NCBI GenBank assembly: GCA_963691875.1
Contig: OY829846.1
Span: 288,001-352,000 of the forward strand
DNA length: 64,000 nt
Direction of reading: 5' to 3'
Source of the DNA: Aureliella sp.
GTDB lineage: Bacteria; Planctomycetota; Planctomycetia; Pirellulales; Pirellulaceae
Shown here in pieces: positions 1 to 9,004 of this stretch. Both the position numbers and the translations under genes were made by a program. The notes beneath the pieces were generated by a model that was not told the DNA's origin, searched no databases, and was given only the letters and a program-made list of their open reading frames with translations. Every line of letters begins with the position of its first letter. Position 1 is the stretch's first letter.

Positions 1-3000
1 CGAACTATACGGAGCTCGGTCAACAGCAAACGTTTTCGCAAATACGAGCTCCGGTCGACGCAGATGGTGAGCCGGTGCTCTACCGGGACATTAAGAAGTT
101 TGCGAACGCGAAGTCAGATGGCCAGCGATATCGCTGGGCCCTCGAACGGGCGATGGAGTCTGAGGAGTCGCGTGCAGACGCCATGCTGACCTGGTCTCGA
201 TTTCTGACCAGTCAGTTCTCCGTCAGTACACTAAGTCCTACATGGGGCATCACGACGTCAGGTGATGAGAAGTCCGCGATTGCCAAGATTCACAAACTGA
301 AGGACTCGCAAACCATCGCCAAGTTAGCAATTGGCGTGAAAGAACTCGAGCTGCCCGAAGAATTTAATCTCATCTCGGTTCTTCGCAAAGTGATTGAAGA
401 GAACGAGTCAGGCAGTGCAAGGAAATCTGCCGTTCGTGACCTCGCGAATATCTATTTCAATCGTCGGCAGTATCCAGCAGCGGTCGCAGTGATGCGTCTG
501 GAGCCAACCGCATACCCAAACTATCAACAAGAAATCGACGCAATCATCGGGCCGCAACTCGCGTTTGATCCAGTTGAAGCAAAAGTGGCTGGTGAAGAAG
601 CAAAGCTTTCCTTCCTGTTTCGTAACGCCAAGAACGTGACCTTCTCTGCGCAGCCAGTCGACATGGAGAAGTTGATCAGCGAGCTAAAGGACTACTATCG
701 AAACCTGCGGAGCGATCGACAAGGTGAATTTGGCGCATTCAGATCTGGAGGCCCAGCCAATCTCGACTATTTGAATGGCTATTTCACCCGAGACAGTTAT
801 GACATCACGAACTATTTGATCGGCAATTCCGAAACATGGGAACAAGAGCTTGAGCCCCGAGCCAACCATTGGGATAAGCGGATTCAAGTCGCTTTACCTC
901 AAACCAATGCAGGGACCTATTTGGTAGAAGCCTCGGCCGAAATGGTCGTCGATGACCGAAAGTTAACGCACCGTGCACGCATCTTGGTGACCTTGCAGGA
1001 TTCCATGTTGGTTCGTCATCGCACTGAGAAAGAAACTATCTTCCGCGCTGTAGACGCGAACAGCGGTGAGTCGTTAGGCAATATTGATGTGGAGTTCTTT
1101 GGCTATCGCTGGGAAGACGGCAGGAAGAATCCTCGCCGAACTTTATCGCGAAACATGGCAAAGAAAACCAACGCATCAGGTGAAGTGAAGATCGATCTCG
1201 AAAAGCGATTTCAGTGGCTGGCTATCGCACGACGTGATGGAAAGCTGAGTCTGCTGAACTTTGAGAACTTCTACAACTACGGCAGGATCATTAGGAGCTA
1301 CCGAGCAGGAAAGGCCTACGGGATTGCAGAGCGTCCGGTGTACCGCCCTGGTGAGAAAGTGCGGACGAAATTTTGGATGGCCTACACCACTTATGGAGAT
1401 GAATCTGAGCCCCGTCTGGCCAATCAGCAGTTCCGTATTCGTGTCAATGATGGTCGTGGAAACAAGGTGCACGAACAACTGGTGAAGACGGATGCTTACG
1501 GTGGGGCAGAGGTTGCCTTTGATATTCCCAAGTCGGCGTCGCTCGGCCGATACAGCTTTACTGTTGTTCAGCCCACCGGAGTTCGAGCAGCTCCCAATCA
1601 GCGACGTGCGGGCGGAGGATTTGGCTCTAGCGGCCCTCCAGTAAGAACAGGCGACGTTCCTTTGCAATGTTCCCTGGCCCTACGCGTTGAAGAGTACCGC
1701 AAGCCAGAATTCGAGGTCAACGTCCTTGCTCCTTCGAAACCTGTGTCGTTGGGCAAAACAGTGGAAGCACGCGTTCAAGCCAAGTATCTCTTTGGTGCAC
1801 CGGTTGCCGGGACGGCAGAGATCAAAGTGGAAAGAAGCAAGCATACGGATAGCTATTTCCCATCGCGGCCTTACGACTGGTGCTATGGTCCTGGCTACTG
1901 GTGGTTCAATGAAGTCTACGATTGGTACCCCGGATTTCGCGGGTGGTGCGGGTGCTTTCCGATTGGTGGGCCTGGATTTGGCCCGGGGCGTGGCGGTTGG
2001 TTCGGTTCCGAGCCCCCCGAGTTGGTCTTGGAGCAAATGGTCGAGTTAGATGCTTTGGGTGAAGCTGTAATCGAAATCGATACAGCCTTGGCGAAAGCAG
2101 CCTTTGGAGACGAACATGATCATCGCTACTCGATTTCCGTCGTGGTACGAGATAGCTCACGTCGCTCGATCGTCGGAAGCGGTTCTGTGGTTGCGGCTAG
2201 AACGCCCTTCAAGGTCTATACATGGACCAATCGCGGCTATTACAACACTGGCGACCGCATTGTGGTCAACTATCAAGCAAGACAACTGGACGGCTCGCCG
2301 GTAAAGGCGGAAGGTAGACTGGACATCTTGCAATTGAGCTACGACGCAGATGGCAAGCCCAATGAACGTGTCATCGCAACGCTTCCAGCCAAGACCGATG
2401 AGCAAGGACGCGGTGTGGCTGATCTGATGGCTCGAACGGCCGGGCAGTATCGACTGAGATTTCGACTGGAGTCTGGAGACTCAGGCGAGGTAGAAGGTGG
2501 CTACATCTACACGGTTCGCGGAGTTGGGGTGCGGGGAGACGATTTCCGATTCGCAGAACTCGAGATTACACCTGATAAACCCGAGTATGCTCCAGGTGAC
2601 GTTGCAAAGGTTCAGATCGCGTCCAACAAAAGCGATGCAATCGTTGCCCTCTTTGTCCGTCCCATCTCTGGTGTTTACACGGAACCTCAATATGTGCAGC
2701 TGAAGAATAAGACGGCGATTGTAGAGATTCCAATCACAAACGATGACCAACCCAACTTTCATGTGGAGGCCTACACGGTCTACGATGGTGAGTACCATCA
2801 GCGGATGAAGGAGATTGTGGTACCACCGGAAGACCGAGTCCTTCAATTGACCATGAAGGCTGACAAGGAACAATACCTGCCTGGCGAAGAGGCGTCAGTC
2901 GAGTTGACGGTGAAAGACCCGTCCGGCAAACCAGTTGAAGGAAGTGTGGTAATTTCTGCATATGACCGAGCTTTGGAGCTTGTTTCACCGGATACGGTTC

Positions 3001-5714
3001 CGCGAGATATTCGCGAATTCTTCTGGAAGTGGCGACGCAATCACTACCTGTCCGGTCGTGCTAGTTCAACGAATTGGGCTCAGCCCTGCCGAATCGATCG
3101 CATACGCCAGTTTCGGCCACTAGGTGTGTTTGGCAGTACATTGGCCGACGACTTTGACCTGCTCGAGGGACTCGTTCCAGCCGGCCGGCTGGCAATGAAT
3201 CGACGAGGTGGCATGCGTGCCTTGAGCGGGCCGATGGGTGGTGCTGGCTTCGGCATGGGGGGCGGCAATGTGTTAGAGATGGCCGACAGCGCGGAGGGTA
3301 GCGCGGAGGGTAACGCGATGCCTGGAGCCCCAATGGGGGAGGCTTCAAGTGGGCTCGGTCTCATGGCGAAGAGCAGTGCACGGACACGATCGCAAGGTCC
3401 TGGAGCCGGTAATGGTGGGGTGCAGCCGCCGCAAATTCGCAAGGACTTCGCCGACAGCGCGATCTGGTTGGCGAGTCTTAAGACGGATGCTGAAGGTAAG
3501 GCTGAAGCAACCTTCAAAATGCCGGAGAACTTGACCGGCTGGAAACTGCGTAGCTGGGCGATGGGCGATAACACTCGTGTCGGTTCGGCAAGTACCGAAG
3601 CTGTTACGAAGAAGCCATTGTTAGTACGACTTCAGACTCCGCGTTTTCTAGTTGAACGTGATGAAGTCGTAGTGAGTTCGATCGTTCACAACGATACCAA
3701 AGAGACTCGCAAGATTCGTGTGTCGCTCGAGATCGTCGGACAAACACAACTCGAGCTAATGGAAGGTCAGCTTCCTGAACAAGTTGTTGCAGTCAAGCCA
3801 TTTGAACAGGCCCGGGTGGATTGGCGCTGCCAAGCTTTGGCAAGTGGCGATGTGAAGCTTCGCACTTATGCGGTCGGTGGTGATGCTTCCGACGCAATGG
3901 AACTAAGCGTGCCCATCGTAGTCTACGGCGCGATGAAAACGGATTCCTGGGCGGGTACTGTTCGCGATGGTCAGGCGAATACTGAGTTTCAGATCATGAT
4001 CCCAGTTGAGCGGCGTGCGGAGCATTCGTTGCTTACCGTTCGTCTAAGTCCATCTTTGGCGGGCGCCATGCTCGATTCCCTACCCTACCTCGCAGCTTAC
4101 CCATACGGTTGCACAGAGCAAACGCTCAATCGATTTCTGCCAGCTGTGCTAACACAACGCGTGCTTCAAGACATGAACCTGGATCTCGAATCCATCGGCG
4201 GACGGCGGAATAACTTGAATGCTCAGGAACTTGGCGACGCTGCAGAAAGGAAGCGGAGATGGGGATCCAACCCTATCTTTGAGAAAGGCAAGGTTGACGA
4301 GATGGTCGAAGCTGGCGTGAATCGCTTAGTCGATATGCAGAATCAAGACGGTGGATGGGGCTGGTTCTCAGGTACTGGTTCTCGCTCGTCCGCTCACCTG
4401 ACTTCACAAGTCGTACGTGGTTTGCTGGTGGCGAGGAGCAACAATGTTGCGATTCCTGCAGACGTAATTCCGCGGGGTACTACGTGGCTTAAGAACTATC
4501 AGCAGCAGGAGCTTCAGAAGCTGAAGAACTGGGATTCGGATACCGATCCCCGGAAACATCATGTGGATAACATGGACGCTTTGGTATTCCATGTTCTGAC
4601 GCTTTTTGGCGAGCTTAATGATGAAATGAAGAAGTTTCTCTACGAGGATCGAACGCATTTAAGCGTCTACGGGAAATGCTTGTTCGCACTGGCGACGCAT
4701 CAGCTGGAAGACGCCGAGATGACGAACATGCTGAAACGCAATATCGAGCAGTTCTTGGAAGTCGACGAAGAGAATGAAACGGCGTTGTTGACCGATCAGA
4801 CTAACTGGTGGTACTGGTACGGAAGCTCAATCGAGTCCACAGCAATGTACCTAAAGTTGCTGACGAAGACTGATCCTGATTCGATCACTGCTCCTCGCTT
4901 GGTGAAGTACTTGCTGAATAATCGCAAACACGCGACTTACTGGAACAGCACTCGAGATACGGCCCTTGTCGTCGAAGCTTTTGCGGACTACCTGGATACT
5001 TCCGAGGAAATAAGTGCGGAATCTCAGGTAGATGTTCTGCTAGATGGTAAGTTGATCGGCAGCATCGAGTTTACGAAAGAGAATCTGTTCGATGTCAACA
5101 ATACGATTCAAATTGCGGGCGATGCGATTCCGAGTGGTGAACATCAGTTGACCATTCGAAGGCGTGGCAAAGGCAACATGTATTGGAACGTATATGCTCG
5201 CAACTTTACTCGGGAGCAAGAGATTGAAAAAGCTGGCTTGGAAGTCAAAGTTGAACGTCGATACTACTTACTGGAGCCTTCGAAGGAAGAATTGCAGCTT
5301 GCTGGCAAGGATGGTCGAGTTGTCGAGGCGAAGGGCGATAAGCAGCTTCGCGTTCAGCTCGATGAGGAAGTAGAGGTTCCAAGCGGGCGAATGATTGAAG
5401 TCGAATTGCTGATTGAAAGCAAGAATGATTACGAGTACTTGTTGGTCGAAGACAAGAAGCCAGCAGGTTTGGAACCAGTCGATTCGCAGAGTGGTTACTT
5501 CTACTCTTCGGGAATTGGCGTTTACCGAGAGTTGCGAGAGAAGCACGTTGGGCTGCTAATTGAACGCTTACCGCGTGGGAGATTCTCGGTGCGTTATCAG
5601 ATGCGATCCGAAAGTCCCGGTGCCTTCACCGCATTGCCGGCAACGATCGAAGGCATGTATGCACCTGAGTTGGTCGGCAACTCACGCGACTTTGATTTGA
5701 AGGTTATCGACTAG
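1..5714 (+). CDS. Bacterial alpha-2-macroglobulin family protein (5'-truncated by window edge)
   Basis: Frame is open from position 3, so the true start lies upstream. A2M hallmarks: ERPVYRPGE, LRVEEYRKPEFEV, low-complexity bait region, IRKDF...W, MPENLTGW, PRFLVERD, thioester motif YPYGCTEQ (~4098-4121), QNQDGGWGWF, C-terminal LPATIEGMYAPE. Confidence 0.93.
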   Translation, partial: NYTELGQQQTFSQIRAPVDADGEPVLYRDIKKFANAKSDGQRYRWALERAMESEESRADAMLTWSRFLTSQFSVSTLSPTWGITTSGDEKSAIAKIHKLKDSQTIAKLAIGVKELELPEEFNLISVLRKVIEENESGSARKSAVRDLANIYFNRRQYPAAVAVMRLEPTAYPNYQQEIDAIIGPQLAFDPVEAKVAGEEAKLSFLFRNAKNVTFSAQPVDMEKLISELKDYYRNLRSDRQGEFGAFRSGGPANLDYLNGYFTRDSYDITNYLIGNSETWEQELEPRANHWDKRIQVALPQTNAGTYLVEASAEMVVDDRKLTHRARILVTLQDSMLVRHRTEKETIFRAVDANSGESLGNIDVEFFGYRWEDGRKNPRRTLSRNMAKKTNASGEVKIDLEKRFQWLAIARRDGKLSLLNFENFYNYGRIIRSYRAGKAYGIAERPVYRPGEKVRTKFWMAYTTYGDESEPRLANQQFRIRVNDGRGNKVHEQLVKTDAYGGAEVAFDIPKSASLGRYSFTVVQPTGVRAAPNQRRAGGGFGSSGPPVRTGDVPLQCSLALRVEEYRKPEFEVNVLAPSKPVSLGKTVEARVQAKYLFGAPVAGTAEIKVERSKHTDSYFPSRPYDWCYGPGYWWFNEVYDWYPGFRGWCGCFPIGGPGFGPGRGGWFGSEPPELVLEQMVELDALGEAVIEIDTALAKAAFGDEHDHRYSISVVVRDSSRRSIVGSGSVVAARTPFKVYTWTNRGYYNTGDRIVVNYQARQLDGSPVKAEGRLDILQLSYDADGKPNERVIATLPAKTDEQGRGVADLMARTAGQYRLRFRLESGDSGEVEGGYIYTVRGVGVRGDDFRFAELEITPDKPEYAPGDVAKVQIASNKSDAIVALFVRPISGVYTEPQYVQLKNKTAIVEIPITNDDQPNFHVEAYTVYDGEYHQRMKEIVVPPEDRVLQLTMKADKEQYLPGEEASVELTVKDPSGKPVEGSVVISAYDRALELVSPDTVPRDIREFFWKWRRNHYLSGRASSTNWAQPCRIDRIRQFRPLGVFGSTLADDFDLLEGLVPAGRLAMNRRGGMRALSGPMGGAGFGMGGGNVLEMADSAEGSAEGNAMPGAPMGEASSGLGLMAKSSARTRSQGPGAGNGGVQPPQIRKDFADSAIWLASLKTDAEGKAEATFKMPENLTGWKLRSWAMGDNTRVGSASTEAVTKKPLLVRLQTPRFLVERDEVVVSSIVHNDTKETRKIRVSLEIVGQTQLELMEGQLPEQVVAVKPFEQARVDWRCQALASGDVKLRTYAVGGDASDAMELSVPIVVYGAMKTDSWAGTVRDGQANTEFQIMIPVERRAEHSLLTVRLSPSLAGAMLDSLPYLAAYPYGCTEQTLNRFLPAVLTQRVLQDMNLDLESIGGRRNNLNAQELGDAAERKRRWGSNPIFEKGKVDEMVEAGVNRLVDMQNQDGGWGWFSGTGSRSSAHLTSQVVRGLLVARSNNVAIPADVIPRGTTWLKNYQQQELQKLKNWDSDTDPRKHHVDNMDALVFHVLTLFGELNDEMKKFLYEDRTHLSVYGKCLFALATHQLEDAEMTNMLKRNIEQFLEVDEENETALLTDQTNWWYWYGSSIESTAMYLKLLTKTDPDSITAPRLVKYLLNNRKHATYWNSTRDTALVVEAFADYLDTSEEISAESQVDVLLDGKLIGSIEFTKENLFDVNNTIQIAGDAIPSGEHQLTIRRRGKGNMYWNVYARNFTREQEIEKAGLEVKVERRYYLLEPSKEELQLAGKDGRVVEAKGDKQLRVQLDEEVEVPSGRMIEVELLIESKNDYEYLLVEDKKPAGLEPVDSQSGYFYSSGIGVYRELREKHVGLLIERLPRGRFSVRYQMRSESPGAFTALPATIEGMYAPELVGNSRDFDLKVID

Positions 5715-5743
5715 CGATTAGTAACTGCCGCCAAAAACCTATT

Positions 5744-5761
5744 GGGATTCGCCAGAATTCC
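5744..5761. repeat. Degenerate REP-like palindrome (GGAATTC-GCCA-GAATTCC family)
   Basis: gggattc-gcca-gaattcc just after the A2M stop. Related copies at 8972-8994, 12165-12201, 12310-12322 and 29344-29365. Confidence 0.5.
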
Positions 5762-5987
5762 TTGACTGAACCATAGTCGGGGCTAACTGTTTCTGCGTTA
5801 GCCGCGGCTCTAGGCAGTTGGCAGCGTGAATGTAGGCGATCAAGATGAATCGAGTGTAAAACGGAGGTGTAGCGGCTTTTTCGCATAAGCCAAAAACCGG
5901 CCGTAGAAGCGGGTCTAACGTTCCGTCTGAAAATTCAATGAGCGGCTACTGCAAAGCGAGGAATTCTTCTGTGCCTAACTACTGCAG

Positions 5988-7010
5988 TTAGCAAAGGGCT
6001 TCTCGAGGGGGCTCTGGTGGCACAAATTGGCAGCCGCCAATGATCGGGTGGCCGCGAAGGAATTCCTTCGTGTCCATTTCTCGTTTGCCCGCTGGCTGGA
6101 CAAGACCAATCAGAAAAATGCCCTCACTTGTTCCAACGGCGATGGTTTCTTTCCAAGAGCCGTCACCGGCCATCCCAAGTTCCTCCGCCGTGACTTGTCT
6201 CGCTTGCCCAGGTTCAAGCTGGATGGTTCTGCCCGCAACAGCTCGTGCTCGTCGAACGATCAGTCGCAATTTCTTCTTGCCATCAGGCCACTCGAGTTCC
6301 GCAAAAGTGCCTGGCCATGGCTGGCAGGCTTGGACCAAACGTACGAGATAATCGGCGGGCAAGCGAAAGTCCAAGGCTCCATCGGCTTTGCTGAAACGAG
6401 GAGCACGAGTCACAAGAGTCTTATCTTGGATTTCGCCGATCTCGCTCGCACCATCCCAATCGCTAAGCATTGCTACGGCATCTACTGTTGCTTGAACGCC
6501 CAGTTCTGCCAAACGCGGCTCGAGTTCCGCTGCGGTTTCGCCTGGTACGATGGGGGTTCGAGCGACTTGCAAGGCAGGTCCAGCATCCAGACGAGGTGTC
6601 ATATGGATGACAGTCACGCCCGCCTCCGCATCTCCCCGCAGAAGACTCCATTGCACCGGTGCAGCCCCACGGTGCCTGGGAAGGATCGAGCCGTGAAGAT
6701 TGATTCCGCCTAGCTTTGCTGCTTTCAGGCAGTCGTTTGAGAGAATCTGGCCATAGTCGCAAACGAAGAACAGATCAGCTTGGTGCCGGGACAAGGTTTT
6801 TATGGCTTCAGCATCGTTGATCGAAGCGGGTTCAAAGATTTCTAAGCCGTTATCCCGAGCCCAATCATACACCGGCCGTGGCGGAAGCTTTCTGGGTTTT
6901 GGTTCGGGAAGTGGTCGCGTTACCAATAGAGGAATTTCGTGACCGTCGTCGAGCAGCCTTTGTGCTGTCGGAACTGCAAAAGGTCCGGTGCCCATTACGA
7001 CTATTTTCAT
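5988..7010 (-). CDS. fmt: Methionyl-tRNA formyltransferase
   Basis: MKIVVMGTGPFA, DYGQIL, INLHGSILPRHRGAAPVQW, LDAGP, PWPG and VQPAGKREM motifs. Confidence 0.97.
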   Translation of the reverse strand: MKIVVMGTGPFAVPTAQRLLDDGHEIPLLVTRPLPEPKPRKLPPRPVYDWARDNGLEIFEPASINDAEAIKTLSRHQADLFFVCDYGQILSNDCLKAAKLGGINLHGSILPRHRGAAPVQWSLLRGDAEAGVTVIHMTPRLDAGPALQVARTPIVPGETAAELEPRLAELGVQATVDAVAMLSDWDGASEIGEIQDKTLVTRAPRFSKADGALDFRLPADYLVRLVQACQPWPGTFAELEWPDGKKKLRLIVRRARAVAGRTIQLEPGQARQVTAEELGMAGDGSWKETIAVGTSEGIFLIGLVQPAGKREMDTKEFLRGHPIIGGCQFVPPEPPREALC

Positions 7011-7138
7011 TGGAATCCTTTCGGTGGATCGTTGCGAAACCGCGCTGCAAGAACCTCTCGAGACTCAACCGCTCACGCGTCGTGCTTGTATTGGTGCTGC
7101 CACTCATGTGGTTTGGTCTTGTAAGCTAGGTAGGAAAG

Positions 7139-7936
7139 CTACGCCAGGTCTTCGCTTCGTTCGGTACAAGTTGCCACGGCTTCTATGAAGGCGCTGCGCA
7201 CCGCGCCGGCTTCCAGCTCACGAAGGGCGGCAATTGTTGTACCACCAGGGCTGGTGACTTGGTCTTTCAGTGCACCTGGATGCAACCCCGTCTCAATAAC
7301 CATCTTGGCAGCGCCGAGCACCGCTTGTGCGGACATTCGGATAGCAACGTCGCGTGGCAGCCCTTGAGCCACGCCGCCGTCACTTAATGCTTCGATAACC
7401 ATGTAGATGTAGGCGGGACTCGATCCAGCGATCCCTGTAAAAGCATGCATCAGGCGATCGGGAATGCTTATGACTTCACCGACTGATTTCATGAAGGTCT
7501 CAACCCAGGTCTGATCAGCCACCGAAGAGTCGGCAGGGCAGGATATCGCTGATGCTGCAGCGTTGACCTGGCAAGGCGTGTTAGGCATGACTCGGATGAC
7601 GCGTTTCGTTCCCAGCATCTCCTGCAGCTGTTTCAGCGAGATTCCAGCTGCAATCGAAATGAGAAGGTTGTCTTCAGAGAAACATTCAGCGAAGACGCTC
7701 GCCTGTTCTTTGAGTATGTGGGGTTTTACGGCTAGGAAGATTGGTTCACAGCTGGCCGCCAAATCCGAAGCCTGGTCAACAAATTTCGCTTCCGGGATTT
7801 TCTCAGTTAGTTTTTCACGTTGGGCGCGGAATGGCTCGGCGAAGATAATTTCTTCTGCACTGCAGATGCCAGCTGCGATGGCCCCCTTAGCCAGTGCGGT
7901 CGCCATCTGGCCGCCACCTACAAATCCAATACTCAC
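7139..7936 (-). CDS. proC: Pyrroline-5-carboxylate reductase
   Basis: IGFVGGGQMA Rossmann motif, LAVKP, ISIAAGI, RVMPNTP, GSSPAY, VTSPGGTTI. GTG start with upstream AGGAGA. Confidence 0.97.
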   Translation of the reverse strand: MSIGFVGGGQMATALAKGAIAAGICSAEEIIFAEPFRAQREKLTEKIPEAKFVDQASDLAASCEPIFLAVKPHILKEQASVFAECFSEDNLLISIAAGISLKQLQEMLGTKRVIRVMPNTPCQVNAAASAISCPADSSVADQTWVETFMKSVGEVISIPDRLMHAFTGIAGSSPAYIYMVIEALSDGGVAQGLPRDVAIRMSAQAVLGAAKMVIETGLHPGALKDQVTSPGGTTIAALRELEAGAVRSAFIEAVATCTERSEDLA

Positions 7937-8165
7937 TTGATTCTTCTCCTAACGCGTTGCTGTTGAACGCTGCGCGCGGCGACTGGTCTCGCCATGGGCG
8001 AAATGGCAAACTTGTTTGACGCCTCGTCATTCGAACGCAGGACGTTCAATTTCGCAAGCCTATGGCGGAAGCTGAGTCTGAATCTACCAACCTAAGTTCG
8101 TTGTCACGCAGTATTCGCTAGCGCGAAATATACTTTCCATTGGTAGAAGTTACTCTACCGGCTGC

Positions 8166-8906
8166 CTAAGATCGGCTGAAAGCCAGCCGGTGAATGACTT
8201 GTATGGCACCGACGGCATCGGAAAGGCTCAGCTTGCTCTCGCCAGCATGCCTACAATCGAAGACAATCGGAACTTCACCGAACTCCGCCTTCCTTTTTCG
8301 AAGTGCTACCAAGATCTCCTCCAAGAATCCGTAGCCTGGGCAAGTGAGTTTGGCAAGGTTCAGTTCTTGCAGCTTGCTAACTCTATAACAGCGGAATGAA
8401 CCGCTGCAATCAGAAAGTGGCAATCTAAGCATTCGAGTGGCGTAGAGGTTAAGGAAGCGGCTGATCAGCTTTCGATGAGGTGCTAAACCAGGGGAACCAC
8501 CACCGGGCCGATAGCGTGTGCCAGCTACCATGTCCAAATTGTCATGAATCGTCTTCTTCAGAAGTTGTGGAGCTGTGGCAGGATCGTGACTGTGATCCGC
8601 ATCTAAATTGATCAGAAAATCGTATTCGTGCTCGAGACACCAGCTGATCGCATCACGCAGTGCGGTTCCAAGTCCGAGCTTGCCGGGACGCTGGAGCAGG
8701 TGTAGCTGCGAGTTGTTTTCTTGGGTGTCACGCACCCAGTCTGCAGTGCCATCCGGAGAACTGTCATCTACAACCAAAACATCTGCATCTGGCAGGTGTT
8801 CGAGTAACCCTAGCACCATCGTTGGGATGTTTCCCAATTCGTTGTAAGTGCATAGCACGACAAGCACTCGCGTTGCGGCATCGGACGCTGGTTGGCTTAT
8901 CGTCAT
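8166..8906 (-). CDS. GT2 glycosyltransferase, polyprenol-phosphate mannose synthase-like
   Basis: TYNE, VVDDSSPDGT, GKLGLGTA, LDADHSHDP, DCSGSFRCY and GESKLS motifs. ATG at 8906 preferred over the TTG at 8942. Confidence 0.88.
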   Translation of the reverse strand: MTISQPASDAATRVLVVLCTYNELGNIPTMVLGLLEHLPDADVLVVDDSSPDGTADWVRDTQENNSQLHLLQRPGKLGLGTALRDAISWCLEHEYDFLINLDADHSHDPATAPQLLKKTIHDNLDMVAGTRYRPGGGSPGLAPHRKLISRFLNLYATRMLRLPLSDCSGSFRCYRVSKLQELNLAKLTCPGYGFLEEILVALRKRKAEFGEVPIVFDCRHAGESKLSLSDAVGAIQVIHRLAFSRS

Positions 8907-8971
8907 AGGATTTCGTTGCGAACGCCTAATGGCTGACGGCAAGGGACAGTGCAGCGGTTTCCAGTGAAAGA

Positions 8972-8994
8972 GGCATTCTGGCGAAGTCCACTAC
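8972..8994 (-). repeat. GTAG-type REP-like element
   Basis: Reverse complement reads GTAGTGGACTTC-GCCA-GAATGCC, immediately downstream of the leuS stop. Confidence 0.5.
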
Positions 8995-9004
8995 TGAATC
9001 AGTT

